64,000 nucleotides of DNA from Chrysomallon squamiferum (GCA_012295275.1 CM022669.1:9982001-10046000), one strand, 5' to 3'; positions 11,916 to 27,343 are shown, counted from the stretch's first letter. Numbers and translations: made by a program. The notes: a model not told the origin generated them from the letters alone.

Positions 11916-14900
11916 TAGCCAACTATATAATATTTGTCATCGATTTCACAGTCTGAAGAAAAAAGGAGAAAAAAGAAGACACAAACAGAAAATAAATTAG
12001 CGATACTATTCAAGGAAAATGTGCAGAAAACTATAAAATCTCATCCTATATGCTTTTATCATTGTGAAAGCAAAAACAAAATGAAAAAATGATAAAAGAA
12101 ATAATAAACTTGTTCCAGTGATTGATGGTATGGCATTAATTGAATTAATAACAAGCCATATAGAGGTCGTTAAAGATTAAAGAGGTCACAATAAATCAAA
12201 CTCAAAGAAACAAGCGGCAAATGGAAGGATTCTGCGACAGACACACCCCCTGGCTTTGTCAGAGAGCATGACCACCGCAAGCGTGCTTCACGACAGCTTG
12301 CTCTGATTCGCCTGTTAATGGGCCGGTTCAGCAATGCGGTTATTTCGAGTTATGTCCCTTGATTTGTCGTTAGCTGTTTCAGTCAGTCATTCAGTTGAAC
12401 AAAAAAACAACAACAATAAATTAATAATTAAAAAAAAGATTTAAAAAAACTACAAATAAAAAAAAACCATGTTTATTTCTTTCATAATGCAGGTTTAATA
12501 ATATTCTGATATGAACGTAATTTTGATACCAATGTACAGGTTGAATATAATGGAGAACTGAGTCTCGTTATAAGAAATGGATCAGTTATATATTTTACAT
12601 ATTTATACATTTGTATATTAATTTACAACCTGAAGTTTATTACATCATTACTTATTTAATGAAACAGTAAATAATCCTATTATTACTACTACTACTACTA
12701 CTACTTGAAATAAAAACATTTTTAGAAATTTCGTAATTATTTTTACAGAAAGACCCCCCAAAATAATAATAATAATAATAATAAACATAACAATAATAAT
12801 AATAAAAGTATCGGTATTAGTCGGAAACCAGTGTAGTTCAGAAAATTAATGGTATTTCATCGTAAAAATTAATTAGATAAACCGGCCCGGAACCAGTCAA
12901 AAGTTTGTTGATAGCAAGAAAAAAAAAAAAAAAAATGTAAGTTTCAAAATTAAAAGTTCAAACAATAAAGGTTGTATTTGAAGGCTATAGGATTTATCGA
13001 CATTAATACCTGCCATTGCCATCGTGAATGCACATTTCAAAAATATTATATCGGATTTTGGTTTTTTTAAAGTTTTTCCTTCCATCCAGTTTTACCTGTA
13101 GTACCAAAAATATATTTAACTTGTAGTCTGACATGGTATATTTTAAATATATTATGGTATACTTCTTTCTTTCACTTTTTTTTTTTTTTTGTTTTGTTTC
13201 GGTGACCTCTTCTGATCATGGTCTGATAATGATTTTTTTATACAATTCAAAATTGCACTTGATGCTTTGTTTTTCTTTCTTGTATTTTTTTTTTCGTTTT
13301 GTGTGTGTGTTTAATTTATTTATTTATGTTTTTAATTTGCTTTATATTTTATGTTTTCTGTTTTCTCCTGATAATTTCTCACTGTAGCAACACTTGATAA
13401 GTCGTTTACAGTTTTCCTTGATGTACTTACATATTCCTTTTCAGCCAGCTTTACAGTTTATTTTCTTGATAGTAACTGTGGCAAGATGATTTTTTCCAAA
13501 TCACATTTGTGTCTGGGTTTGGGAAAGACTTAAGATTTTCATTTCCTCGTCTGCAGACTGAATTTTGTCAGGGATACAAAATGTTCAAATAAGCAAAAAA
13601 AGACGATTTCCTTTATGGATTTCTGCATTTTGTTGGGTTTATGTCACAAACTGGTTTTAACTCGTAACTTGAGAGTATAATCAGTTTGTTTCTGCATAAA
13701 CAAGGTACAGCTAAATGCTAATGAATGTGGATTATCTACTGACCAGTGTCCATCCACTGAAGGTATCCAGTCTGTTAATAGTGTTTATCCAGACAGTATG
13801 TTACTGTGTCAGACTACGCATAATATTATCACCTTAATAATGATATTTTTTTTCTTTCTTTCTTTTTTTCAATTTTCTTTTGGTTAATTTTTAATTATTA
13901 ATTTATTTATCAAACAAGTACCATTATTGTTCGAACAGTATCATTTTTAGTCAATGTTTTTGCAGTAGAGTAATGTATGGAACAATTAAAAATAATTTTT
14001 TGAATAAATATATTACTATTCATTTTATATAGAGATGTCCCAAACCATTTTGCTGTAGAGTTTACTAGGCTCTCAGAAAATCGGTGAAGGAAAAGCGAAG
14101 TGGAACTGTTTACTTTATCAGAATTAATTTATGTTTCCAATTTTCCCTCTTTTTCCAGACATATTTCAGATGCCTCCATACAAAGATGTTAAAGTACTCT
14201 TTGCATTGGTATGTTGGAATTCATATTCAGTATCAAAATACATTGACAGTAAACACAGACAAATTATTATACAAGACACGATTTTTTTATATATGAAATA
14301 ATTTGTAAATATTAAGATAAATTGAAATGAGTTTATAAATAATTATTTTTTGCTCACTTTTAGTGATGACTTTTTAACTGATAAATTATTATTAAATCTG
14401 TAAATTAAAATGACTTACAAATGATGTTTTAGTTATGTATTATACAACTGTTTACTGTTCAGATTGCATTATTATGAACGAATTCAGAGCCTTAACAAAA
14501 GCGGTTGCTTTCGTATTAAATATCTGATGCTAGTAACTGGAAAAAGACAAACAATTACATATCAGAAGTGGATTTTCTTTAAAAAATGATGCATAACTAT
14601 AGAAATGACATCCTGTGTACATTTATATTGAAAACTTCTAAACATTTCTTTTTTTCTTGCTACTTCTTCGTTGACATCATCCTTGTTGTTATTTCTAGTT
14701 ATTTTTGTTTTTTTATCAGTATATAAATCTATCTAATTTGTGTTTAGGTGATGCAGATAGTGGAGTAGGACAAATGTGTAGGAAGACAGTGGAGAAGTGT
14801 GGATTTTGTCATCATAAAACATTTTCACCAAACTCCTGTGAACCTGTCAGTAAGTTCAGGAAGATTATATTAGTACTTCTGTCAAACTTCAGTAAACTCT

Positions 14901-15155
14901 GTCAGTAAGTTAAAAAACTGAGTTTTGTTTTAAATGTTTTATTTTTATTTTTATTTTTTTTATTTATTATTATTATTTTTCTGTTTTGTTTTGTTGTTAA
15001 TTTATGTTGATTGAAATGTTTTAATAAATAAAAATAAATCATTTACTTTGTCAGATACAAAAACATAATTATGCACCATGAAATTACTAGGAAAGTAAAT
15101 TTATTTAATTATTTAATGAGAATAAATGATATGCTTACATAATCGTATCCTATTT

Positions 15156-15251
<96 letters not shown>

Positions 15252-15435
15252 AAATAATAACTGTAGTATTGTAAATAAAAAATGCTGGAATATACGAAAA
15301 GGTTTTAAGATAGACTGAAAGGTTGTCAGTTTTACAGTATGATAAAACTACTTATCCAAGCACAAAAATAACATGATTTTATTAAATATAAATATTTTCT
15401 TGTTTTATTATTGTTATTAATTTTATTATTGTTAC

Positions 15436-15493
<58 letters not shown>

Positions 15494-16003
15494 TGTAATA
15501 GATTGATTATATAGGCACAAAAGATAAAATAAATAACAGCATATTTATATGAATTGAGAAAGAGTAAATTAAAATAAAAATTTAAACAATAAATGTTTGT
15601 TAAATAATTATGTCTTAGAAAATATTCAGTGTATCCTAATTACTTCTACAGAAAAGAAAATTGAGTATTGGTTATATTTTGATTTACTTTTTAAAATTGT
15701 GACTATAGGATGGAACTTTTAAAGTTCCTGCAGAACTAATGAGCAATTGAATAAATAAACAACAATTATAATAATAATAGTAGTAGTACTAATAATAAAA
15801 TTATAATGACAATAGTAAAAATAATAATTATTATAATAATGACGATGATAAAATAAACACATAAAAAAGATGAACAAAGACTTGAGTGAATTAATTTATT
15901 AAGAATATTAACAAAGTGAAACACATTTAATCATATATTACGATTAGAGTCATAAGTGTTATAGGTTTACCATAAACAGCAGTCACATACATACACTTGA
16001 GGG

Positions 16004-16074
<71 letters not shown>

Positions 16075-16459
16075 TAGAATCAGTATTAATCAAAAGTAAT
16101 TTATCAGCTATAGCTCATTTTCATTCCTATTGGAGTTATGTCCCTTATTCTAAAAAAGACATTTTCTCACGTTATATAATTTTAATTTTTCAAGCCTTTC
16201 TTATTGTTGTTGTTGATTAGGTGTCAGTAGATTTAAATATCCCTCTCAGTCACTACTCTCGGCTGATAATTTTCAAAATACAACAGCCAGCTTAGATATC
16301 TCAGATCTGCACAAAAATTCTGAAACAACGTGGACTAATATTAACTCCCGCATTGCGGATCTTGAAGCTTAAGCTGTATTAGTATCGTTATAGATTCGCC
16401 CCTACATATAAAATAAATCCTAAATTTCCGTATCTATTTGATTTACGAAATATTCCTAT

Positions 16460-17451
16460 TTAAACGTAGCACAAAGCTGGGTTCTTCACTCTTTCCCAGA
16501 TCTCGTACATCGTTTTACCAAAAATCTTCTGTGAGACTATTACACTGCCTGTTACAAGTTCGCACGGTGTCGCAGGCTTGAACAAAAAATATTCCTTATT
16601 GATTTTCAGACCGACATGCCTGATATTAAATATTTTCGCTAGAATACCTGTTATTTCTACGTCCTCGACGTTCACGTACGGCATGTGCTCCGACACCGCT
16701 AAAATGTTCATGGCAACGTCAAAAGGCATGAAGTAACAATTGCCCTTGACGTGCGGAGGGTATATTGGAGCGGGATAAGCCTGTTCTGAAACTTTACATT
16801 TGCCTTTTCGACTGACCTTGTCCGAGAGAAACATCGGTCCAAATATTTTGTTTTCCCATTTGTTGTTTCGTATCAAGCTGACGAAGTCTGGAATCTTTAC
16901 GTACGTGTCTTCATCCACTTTCATGATGTATTTCGCGTTCGAGCAAAATTGCTTGACCCACTTAAAAGCCATAAGAACTTTGAGTGTCAAGTTGAAGTAA
17001 TTGTCTTTAAAATCCGTTATTACGATGTCCTTCTTTATATTGGCTTCGCTGGCAACAGCAGAATTGAGAGTAGTGTTTTTGTTGATTCCTAAAATAAAGA
17101 ATACTCTGACGGGTAACGGGTGATTGGAATTCGGCCATTTCAGTCCCCGAGAGACACTACCCCATGTATCCCGAATAGCCTGCCTTTGTGACGTCATATT
17201 ATGCAATGACATCACCATGACAACCAGAAGAGTATCAGGCATGCACTTTGTTGGTGGTATTTTCAAAAAGTTGTAATTCAGAGAAAACAATTTGGTTTTC
17301 TTCGGTCTGAAATACCACTGATATTTCACTAAATCAGGATCAGCAAGTTTTGTCGGTTTCTTTCTCTTGGTGATGTATAATTCGAAAGTCAAAAGATCAA
17401 TGAGAATAACATTAACAGAACGAACTGCTTTCGTGACAACCTGCGTCTCAT
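16460..17451 (-). CDS. GT31 copy 3, with stem deletion and a -1 frameshift in a homopolymer (real lesion or assembly error)
   Basis: ATG at 17451 after a tttcag acceptor. A4 at 17391-17394 versus A5 in copies 1, 2 and 5 breaks the frame. An in-frame deletion joins KLAD to PDLVKY. The catalytic domain is intact. Confidence 0.7.
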
Positions 17452-20400
17452 CTGAAATAAATACACGTGAACTTAATTATCAGTTAAAGTGAAAATGTAT
17501 TGTCTGTGTGTGTCATTTTTATTCATATATAAGTATGTGTTTTTGTATGTATATATTTATCTATCAGGATTCACGCTAGTAGACGACGAGGGCAAAATAT
17601 TCGCCCTGTTTTACTCAGTTTCGTTGTACTTCCCATGAGTTAACTGATAAAATCTTTTAGAGATTTTGCGTAGTCCTACAGAAGCTGATGTTTATCACCT
17701 GCTGAAGGAGGTCACGTTATCATCTGCATAATTGCACTGTTTTTGTTGTTGGAATAAGCAAAATCATTTTAAATTTGTTTACGAATTAATTTGATTGAAA
17801 TGGGCATGATAAATGTCTACACACAATTGTATGGGCAGTGCAGGTTACAGATGACAAGACTATGCAAACACGGATCCCAAACATTTGCTATAAGTAATTG
17901 TGAATAAATATGAGAATGCAGCGTTTGTTTAATATAGTTTTGCCACTAATGGCACAAAACCATTTCTTTCTGACAAAATCTCACTTCTCACTAAAGTTTC
18001 TAATTTGTCTAGAGGCACAACACACTTTTCTCTATTTTTTAATCAAGTTTGAACCCTGATGTATGTAGCATGTACCAAATAATAATGAGGTAATTTGACA
18101 CTGAAGGTTCAATCAGAGTTTAATAGTGGTTAACTTACTAACATATTAACTTTCGTCTTCTTTAGAAAACGTCATCACAGATTTTGTACTTAACTAAAGC
18201 ATAACTCAATATGAAAATATTACATAAATATTTACAAATAAAATAAATAAAGCTTTGGAAATAACGTGTATATATATATATATATATATATATTAATTAA
18301 TTAATACATCTGGATAACAATGCAGATTATGTGTTTGTGTATTTCATGTGAATATATATCTAGATGTATCAATCTGTCTGTCTGTCAGCCTTCTCTCTTA
18401 ATATATGTGTGTGTGTGTGTATATACATGTAACATTATATTCAAAGGGCGAATTTTCCGGTCTGTCGAATTTCAAATATGCACAGTGCAAAGATTTCAAA
18501 AAATAAAAAAACGGAGAGAGAGGGAGAGAGGATCAGATGGCTTAGCCTTTTTACTGACATCCACATTATGTAAATAATACTCTTCTTAGTAACAGAAGAA
18601 ACACAAATTATACGATCTGTCAATCTATATTTCTGTCTGTCTTTCTCTATCTCTCTCTCTCTAATTAAGAATCAGCTTTATTCTTCGAAGGTAAGAATGT
18701 CTCGAAGCAGCGAGGCTATGATGAAGTTGATATTTTAAGACAGTAACCAGTTACTTCCTTTATTTTGCAATCTTTAAGTTATACAAAAATATATTTCTCA
18801 GCTCTTGGCAGTAGCTGATTCATGTGGTTTAATTTCATTGTCATTCAAATCAAACCAGTTGTTTCGAATAACAACAATTTTTATGCATTCTTAAAATCGT
18901 CTTTTAAGATTTCGGATATATTGTATCAATTTTGAGCATTATGAATTTAAAATAAAAAATTTAAGTTAAAATTAATTAATAAACTAAGCTTAGTACAGAA
19001 ACTTTATTTTCACACTAATCAGATAAATTTAATTTAAAACACTGATTGCACACATATATTTTCAGACTAACAGCTAACCCGTATTAAAATAAAGTTTGAA
19101 TAGTGATGAACTAATTAAAATGTTGAACGTCATACATATATATATATATATATAATAAATTATCTATTAGTTGCGTTTACCTTTAAAACAAAAATTGATC
19201 AAAATCAGTGATGGCAGTCTGTCGAGAAACTAACTTGAAAATGAAAGAAAATGTATAAGTTGCCTGATTTTACGCACATTTGTATGTATGTTTGTATACA
19301 TCTAGATATATATGTATGTATCATATATTGTGTCAGTTTTCAGAATCATGAATAAAACATCAACTCTTTAAATTATTCAATCTACAACAATTTCAGCAAA
19401 TATGAAGACTAAAATCAATTTCATTAATAAATTAAACTAAAAACTAATTACACCAAAAAAGTAAACTTAATATTCAAACACTGATTACACGCTGATTAAA
19501 TTAACGTCGTATTAAAAAGTTATTTACAAACTAACAATTAACATTAAAATAAAATTTGAATTGTGATAAACTAATTAAAATATTGAAGGGTATTCTTTCA
19601 TTTCAATATATATTTTATTTCTGTATATATATATATATATATATATGACGTTAATATATATACATATATACACACACAAACACACACATATACACACAGA
19701 TGGGTGTGTATGTACTTGTACGTATATTTGTGTGTGTGATTTTCACACTAATAAGTTAAACTTAATATTAAAAAACTGATTACACATTGATCAATCTAAC
19801 GTTATACTAAAAAGTTATTTACAAACTAAGAACTAACCCTTTATCAAAAAACTTTGAAAAATATACAAAAAAACGAAAACAAGAATTTTGTTTTAAAATA
19901 TTATTTTCAAACCCTACCTTTAGCGGTAAGCCAGTGTCGGTATGCAACCCTGTCCTTTAGAATTTATTACTGATTTTTGCAATGGCTGTCGAATATTATC
20001 TTCCTTGTTTATCTAGTATTAAGCAAGAACACCGTCAGATAACCTACCCCAAGGTGCTTAGATGTCTTTGTACCCTACTACGAAAATATCATTATACTCG
20101 GCAACAAAAGAAAATGTTCTGCAGTTAACTAGATAGCTATATTATACGGATAGTGTTGTTAATCTCTTTTATCTTCCCGTTTCCATCATTACCACTTTAC
20201 TGGAATAGTCTTATTAATTAAATATAAATTATTCATTGGTTAGATAGATGTTGATATTTATTTATTTACAAAATTTACAAAGTAATTTTTGAAGCTTTCT
20301 ACATTTAAGTTAACCACTATTACCTGACCTGATTGGAATGTTTGCAGAATAATGTAACTTGAATATAATTTACACACAGCTTTCGATACTTGAAACATGA

Positions 20401-21088
20401 GAAATGTCTTTACTAGTCAAAACAATCGACGGCAAAGGTAGAATAGTATCTACTTTAATTCTGATAAATTAATTTTAAAAATCATGTTACAGTACAAAAT
20501 AATAATTAAAAACAATAATAAAATAATAAAATAGAAATAATGTTTTCTTTATTTGTTTTATTCATACACACAGAGGTTCGTACATTCATATATACAAACA
20601 TACGTACATACAGTTGCACATGCATATATATCAGAAATAGAGTGTGTATAGATATGTATATATATATATCCATGTACATATGTATATATGTATCTGTGTA
20701 TATATAAATATAAATATATACATATCTATCCACACAGAAACACTCACATACATGCATAGGTACTATTTATTTATTAATTCATTCTATCACATATTTAAAT
20801 ATTTATTTATTTATTTATTTATTCATTCTATCACTGATTAACTATTTATTCTCATTCTATCACTTATTCAAATATTCATTCATTCATTCACTTTCTTAAT
20901 TATTTATTCATTCATTCATTTATTGATTGACATATTTATTTATTTACTTGTATGTTTGTTTGCTAATAACGGATATAAAATTTGTTTATGGTACCAAGTC
21001 GCTGCAATATCTGTTCTTTTTCCTCTGTAAATATCTGCTAGAATTTTGATTGTTTATTTTGTACATTCCATACAAGTATACGCACGCG

Positions 21089-21135
<47 letters not shown>

Positions 21136-21596
21136 TGTTTTAGGGAACAAGAGTATTAGCAATTTATACACACCAATTTTTTATCATAAAATGTACATCT
21201 GATCTTTCTGATAATAAACACATCACCAGTGTACATGATGTATGTACTATACACGTCTAAAATGTGGTATGACAACGTCCACGAGGTGATTTTGATCGAC
21301 ATCTACAAATTTGTCATTTTATATTTACCTTCAATTTTTAATGTAAACATCAGATTTTTATTGTTAAAACAAAATAAATAAAATTCTCTAGTTTCGCTTT
21401 CTAATAATTAACTGGTTTTGTAAAATAATTAACCAATTGGAAGTTTCTGAAATTAAAACGGACAAGAATAATGATTTTATAATAACAACTCTAACTGAAT
21501 TAAGAACATTAAAAAACTAAAAAACATTTAAGCATATATTACGATTAGAGTAATAAATAATAAGTGTCATAGGTTTACCATAAACACCAATCACAA

Positions 21597-21662
<66 letters not shown>

Positions 21663-22010
21663 ATGTACCTTATTCTAAGAGCACACTGTTTCACGTTATA
21701 ATACTTTTTTTTTTCTTTTTTTCTTTCTGTTCCAGTCTTTCTTGTTGTTATTTTTCATTAGGTGTCAGTGGGTTTAACTATACCTCTGAATCAGTATTCT
21801 CGGTTGATAAGATTCAAAGTACAACAGCCAGCTTAGATATCTCAGATCTTGACTAAACCTTTGAAACAACGTCATCTAATGTCACTTCTGGGGCAACTCC
21901 TAGATTAGGTCCCTGATGCTTAAGCTATGATAGTTTCGTAATAGATTCACCCCTACACATACAATAAATCCAAAATTTCCGTATTTAGTTGGTTTACGAA
22001 ATATTCCTAT

Positions 22011-23132
22011 TTAAACGTAGCACAAAGCTGGGTTCTTCACTCTTTCCCAGATCTCGTACATCGTTTTACCAAAAATCTGCTGTGAGACTATTACGCTGCC
22101 TGTTACAAGTTCGCACGGTGTCGCAGGCTTCAACAAAAAATATTCCTTATTGATTTTCAGACCGACATGCCTGATATTAAATATTTTCGCTAGAATACCC
22201 GTTATTGCTACGTCCTCCATGTTCACGTACGGCATGTGCTCCGACACCGCTAAAATCTTCATGGCAACGTCAAAAGGCATGAAGTAACAATTGCCCTTGA
22301 CGTGCGGAGGGTATTTTGGAGCGGGATAAGCCTGTTCTGAAACTTTACATTTTGCTTTTCGACTGACTTTGTCCGAGAGAAACATCGGTCCAAATATTTT
22401 GTTTTCCCATTCGTTGTTTCGTATCAAGGTGACGAAGTCTGGAATCTTTACGAACGTGTCTTCATCCACTTTCATCACGTATTTCGCGTTCGAGCAAAAT
22501 TGCTTGACCCACTTAAAAGCCATAAGAACTTTGAGTGTCAAGTTGAAGTAACTGTCTTTAAATTCCGCTATTACGATGTCCTTCTTTATATCGGCTTCGC
22601 TGGCAACAGCAGAATTGAGAGTCGTGTTTTCGTTGATTCCTAAAATAAACAATACTCTGACGGGTAACACCTGACTGGAATTCGGCCATTTCAGACCGCG
22701 AGAAACACTGCCCCATGTATCCCGAATAGCCTGTCTTTGTGACGTCAAATCATGCAATGACATAACCATGACAACCAGACGAGTATCAGGCATGCAGTTT
22801 GTTGGTGGTATTTTTAAAAAGTTGTAATTCAGAGGAAACATTTTGGTTTTGTTGGGTTTGAAATACCACTGATATTTCAGTAAAACAGGTTCTCCGTAAA
22901 AACTGGTTGGCGAGAATGCTTCCGGAACGGGTAAAGCAGATATATTTAGTATTTGTTTTTCTTCCAGTAATGAGGGAATGATGTTGTTGCTCTGACATGT
23001 TTTTGTCTGCAGAAAATCAGATTGTTTTGAAAGTTTCTTTCTCTTGGTGTTGTATAGTTCGACAGTCAAAACGATCAATGCGAATAACATTAACAACAGA
23101 ACGAACTGCTTTCGCGACAGCCTGTGTCTCAT
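22011..23132 (-). CDS. GT31 copy 4 (intact, 373 aa)
   Basis: Same motifs (KVDEDTFV, EDVAITG), open frame, and acceptor directly before the ATG. Confidence 0.9.
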   Translation of the reverse strand: MRHRLSRKQFVLLLMLFALIVLTVELYNTKRKKLSKQSDFLQTKTCQSNNIIPSLLEEKQILNISALPVPEAFSPTSFYGEPVLLKYQWYFKPNKTKMFPLNYNFLKIPPTNCMPDTRLVVMVMSLHDLTSQRQAIRDTWGSVSRGLKWPNSSQVLPVRVLFILGINENTTLNSAVASEADIKKDIVIAEFKDSYFNLTLKVLMAFKWVKQFCSNAKYVMKVDEDTFVKIPDFVTLIRNNEWENKIFGPMFLSDKVSRKAKCKVSEQAYPAPKYPPHVKGNCYFMPFDVAMKILAVSEHMPYVNMEDVAITGILAKIFNIRHVGLKINKEYFLLKPATPCELVTGSVIVSQQIFGKTMYEIWERVKNPALCYV

Positions 23133-23842
23133 CTGAAATAAGTACAAGTAAACATAATTATCAGATAAACGGAAATTTATTGTGTGTCAATATGTCTACA
23201 TCATTATTTGTGTTCATATATGTGTCTGTTTTTTATGTATGTATGTATGTATGTTTTAGGGTTCACGCTAAGGGGCAACGTGGAAGAAATACTCGCCACA
23301 TTTTACTAAACCTCAGTTTACGTAATCCAAGGTGAAGTTCTAAGTTGTCTTCATTGGTTTCAGTTACCAAGAAGCCAGTGTAAGGAGTTACGATAAGAAG
23401 TTCACAGACTCAAATCTTTTCTCACTAGTCTAATGCAGAAGCCATTTTTCCGTATTTTGTGAGTCCAGTTTGAACCCTGATATGTGTAGTATGTACTCAC
23501 GTACCAAGCTTATATATATATATATATTTATATTTATGTACGAATGCATGTATGTATGTATGTATGTATGTATGTGTGTGTTTTATTTATTCATTCATTC
23601 TATAACATATTTTAATATTTATTTATTAATTTATTCTATCACTTAATTAACTATTTGTTTATATATTAATTCATTATTACACTTATTTAGCTATTTATTT
23701 ATTTATTAATTCATTCTCTCACTTTTTAACTATTTATTCATTCATTCTACCATTTATTTAACTGTTTAGTTATTTATTAATTTATTCATTCACGTATTTT
23801 AGTTCATTCATTCATTCATTCATTCATTTATTCTATCACTTT

Positions 23843-23885
<43 letters not shown>

Positions 23886-24215
23886 TGTATTTATGTACTT
23901 ATATGTTTGTTAATAACGGATATAAATTAAACCAGTTTTTAAAATGATACTAAATCGCTGGGATATTTAAATACTGCGAAAAAAACATGCAAGAATTTTG
24001 GTTGTTTATTCTGTACATTTTACAATGTAAAGAAGAGAAAAAGGAAGAAAAAAGTTCATTTTTCTTCGCATATAATGACCAGGTCACCTTTCTAATAAAA
24101 ACGCATTACTGAGGTACATGATGTATGTTTTATCAGTGTATACTTTTTTCACATACTTTGACCAGTTGACTAAACTAAAAAGAAAAACTCCTGATACAAA
24201 AATTATTCTGAGCAC

Positions 24216-24352
<137 letters not shown>

Positions 24353-25399
24353 TTTTCGATTCGTTAATTTTCTGCTGCTGTAATCGCATATCAGAATTTG
24401 CCTACAGATTGTTTATCGTAATTTAACAATTGGGTTTTTGTTCTTTTGTAACATTACATTCAAAGGGGGAACGTTCCGGTCTATCGAATTTCAAAAAAGA
24501 GGGAAAGACGATCAGATGAATCAGCCGTTTTACTGATACCCACATTATTTAAATAACACTCTACTTAGTAACAGAAGACCGTACAAATTTTCACATCTGT
24601 TAATCTTTATTTCTGTCTGTCTACCTCTATCTCTCTCTCTAATTAAGAATCAGCTTTATCCTTCGAAGGTAAGAATGTCTCGAAGCAGCGATGCTATGAT
24701 GAAGTTGATATTTTAAGACATAAATCAGTTACGTGTTTTATTCTGTAATCTTAAGTTATACAGACAATTCAAATAACTGTTTTATTTCTCAGCTCACCGC
24801 CCTCGACAGTAGTAGATTCATGGATATTAATTTACTTTAGAACAAAATAATATTTTAAATAAAACAATTTATTTGCATTTTTTTGTAATGAAATATGATT
24901 TTAAAATGTTTTTTTAAGATATTAATCAGCAAATAAATATTAAAGGAATAACTTACAGCAGTATATATATATATATATATATGTAAATAATAAGTGATTT
25001 ATCGAAATAAATACAGTTCCGTCCCAAAACACTATATTTAGCCATCATATATTGCAGCTAAGTCCAGGATATATATGTGTGTGTGTGTGTCTCTCTCTCT
25101 GTGTGTATTTGTGTTTATTTGTTAGAGACAATGTGTTTTTGTTCTTGAAGAACGTTTTTGTGGAAGATTTTTCTTTGAAATAAATTATCCATTATTTGTA
25201 TTTACCTTTACAACAATTGATCTAAATCAGTGATGGATCTTTCAAAACAGTCAGTGTATCGAAAAAATTATTTTGAAAAGAAACGAAAATGTGTAGGTTG
25301 CCCGATTTTACGCACTGTTTGTAACACACACACACGCACACATACAAACACACGCACACACACACACTCACGCATATATCTATATATAACTAAATAAAT

Positions 25400-26765
25400 A
25401 AAAAGTGATTGAATAAAAGAATGAATGAATGAATTGATAAATGTGAATGAATGAATGAATAAATAAATAAATAGTTAAATAAATGATAGAATGAATTAAT
25501 AAATTTTAAATAAGTGATAGAATGAATAAATAAATAAATAAATATTCAAATAAGTGATAGAATGAATTAACAAATAAATAAATAGTTAAATAAGTGGTAG
25601 AATAAATTCTGAATATATAAATAAATAGATAAATAAGTCATAGAATGAATTAATAAATAAATAGTCAAATAAGTGATAGAATGAATTAACAAATAAATAA
25701 ATAGATACATAAGTGATAGAAAATGAATAAATAAACAAATGGTTAATAAATGTAAGAATGAATTAATGAATAAATAAATATTCAAATAAGTGAGAAAATG
25801 AATAAATAAATAAATAGTCAAATCAGTGATAGAATGAATTAATAAATAAATAAATTCTTATATGTTATATAACGAATTAATTAAACAAATAATTAAATAA
25901 GTGATGGAATGAATTAACAAATAAATAAATTCTTATATAAGTGATAGAACGAATTAATAAATAAACAAATAGTTAAATAAGTGATAGAATGAATAAATAA
26001 ATAAATAGATAAATAAGTGATAGAATGAATGAATAAATAAATAAATAGTCAAATAAGTGATAGAATGAATTAACAAATAAATAAATAGTTAAATAAGTGA
26101 TTGAATGAATAAATAAATAAATAGATAAATAAGTGATAGAATGAATTAATAAATAAATAGTCAAATAAGTGATAGAATGAATAAATAAATAAATAGTCAA
26201 AGAATTGATAGAATGAATAAATAAATAAATATTCAAATAAGTGATAGAACGAATAAATAAATAGATACATAAGTGATAGAATGAATGAATAAATAAACAA
26301 ATGGTTAATAAATGAAAGAATGAATGAATGAATAAATAAACAAATGGTTAATAAATGAAAGAATGAATGAATAAATAAATAAATATTCAAATAAATGAGA
26401 GAAGAAATAAATAAATAGACAAATCAGTGATGGAATGAATTTAAATAAATTAATTAATTCTTATATAAGCTATATAACGAATTAATAAATAAACAAATGG
26501 TTAAATAAGTGATAGAATGAATTAATAAATAAATTTTAAATAAGTGATAGAATAAATAAATAAATAGATAAATAAGTGACAGAATGAATAAATAAATAGT
26601 CAAATAAGTGATAGAATGAATTAACAAATAAATAAACAGTTAAATAAGTGATAGAATGAATAAATAAATAAATAGACAAATAAGTGATACAATGAATAAA
26701 TAAATAAATAAATAGTCAATTGATAGAATGAACAAATAAATAAATACATTTTTAAATAAGTGAGA
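25400..26765. repeat. AT-rich minisatellite, ~36-40-bp unit AAATAAGTGATAGAATGAAT(AAAT)n
   Basis: Roughly 30 degenerate units. Shorter arrays occur in both orientations at about 6280, 10480, 20760, 23590 and 28950. Confidence 0.85.
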
Positions 26766-27343
26766 TATATATATATATATATTCTGAAAAAAAACCCTAG
26801 TTTTAAAGGATTATTTCCAAAACCAACCTTCAGCAGGAACCCAAAATCAAGCTGCAGACGCTTTAACTGTTATTATTACTGATTTTTGCTATGGCTATCG
26901 AAAATAAACTTCCTTCTTTGTCCTGTTTATTCAATATTAAACAAGAGCTTCTTTAGATGACCTACCCAACTGCGACCACTCGAATTTGTATCAAATATCA
27001 CAAGAACATTATACTCATCAACAAAAGAAAATGCTCTGCAACTAACGAAATAGGCATATTATGTGGATAGTTTTATTAATTGTTTGTTTTCTTCCAGTTT
27101 CATTCATCACTACTTTATGGAAATACTTTTATTTATTAAATATAAATTGAGTATGCAGATACGTGTGTTTGTGTGTGTATTCATGTACACCTGTTTGCGT
27201 TATTTAAGTATGTACGTATGTATGTATACACAATTTATATTTAAAAAATAAAACTATTTCCATTTGTCCCGCAATAGATTCGCTCCTACATATACAATAA
27301 ATCCTAAATTTCCGTATCTATTTGATTTACGAAATAATCCTAT

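Larger units (their letters stand above)
12463..24000. repeat. Segmental duplication unit B (GT31 copies 3 and 4)
   Basis: Paralogous to unit A. It retains segments missing from A (about 13190-14645 and 17630-17995). Boundaries are approximate. Confidence 0.85.

Noticed and set aside
25400-26765. CRISPR-like array
   Set aside because: Degenerate units without unique spacers, eukaryotic context and no cas genes.
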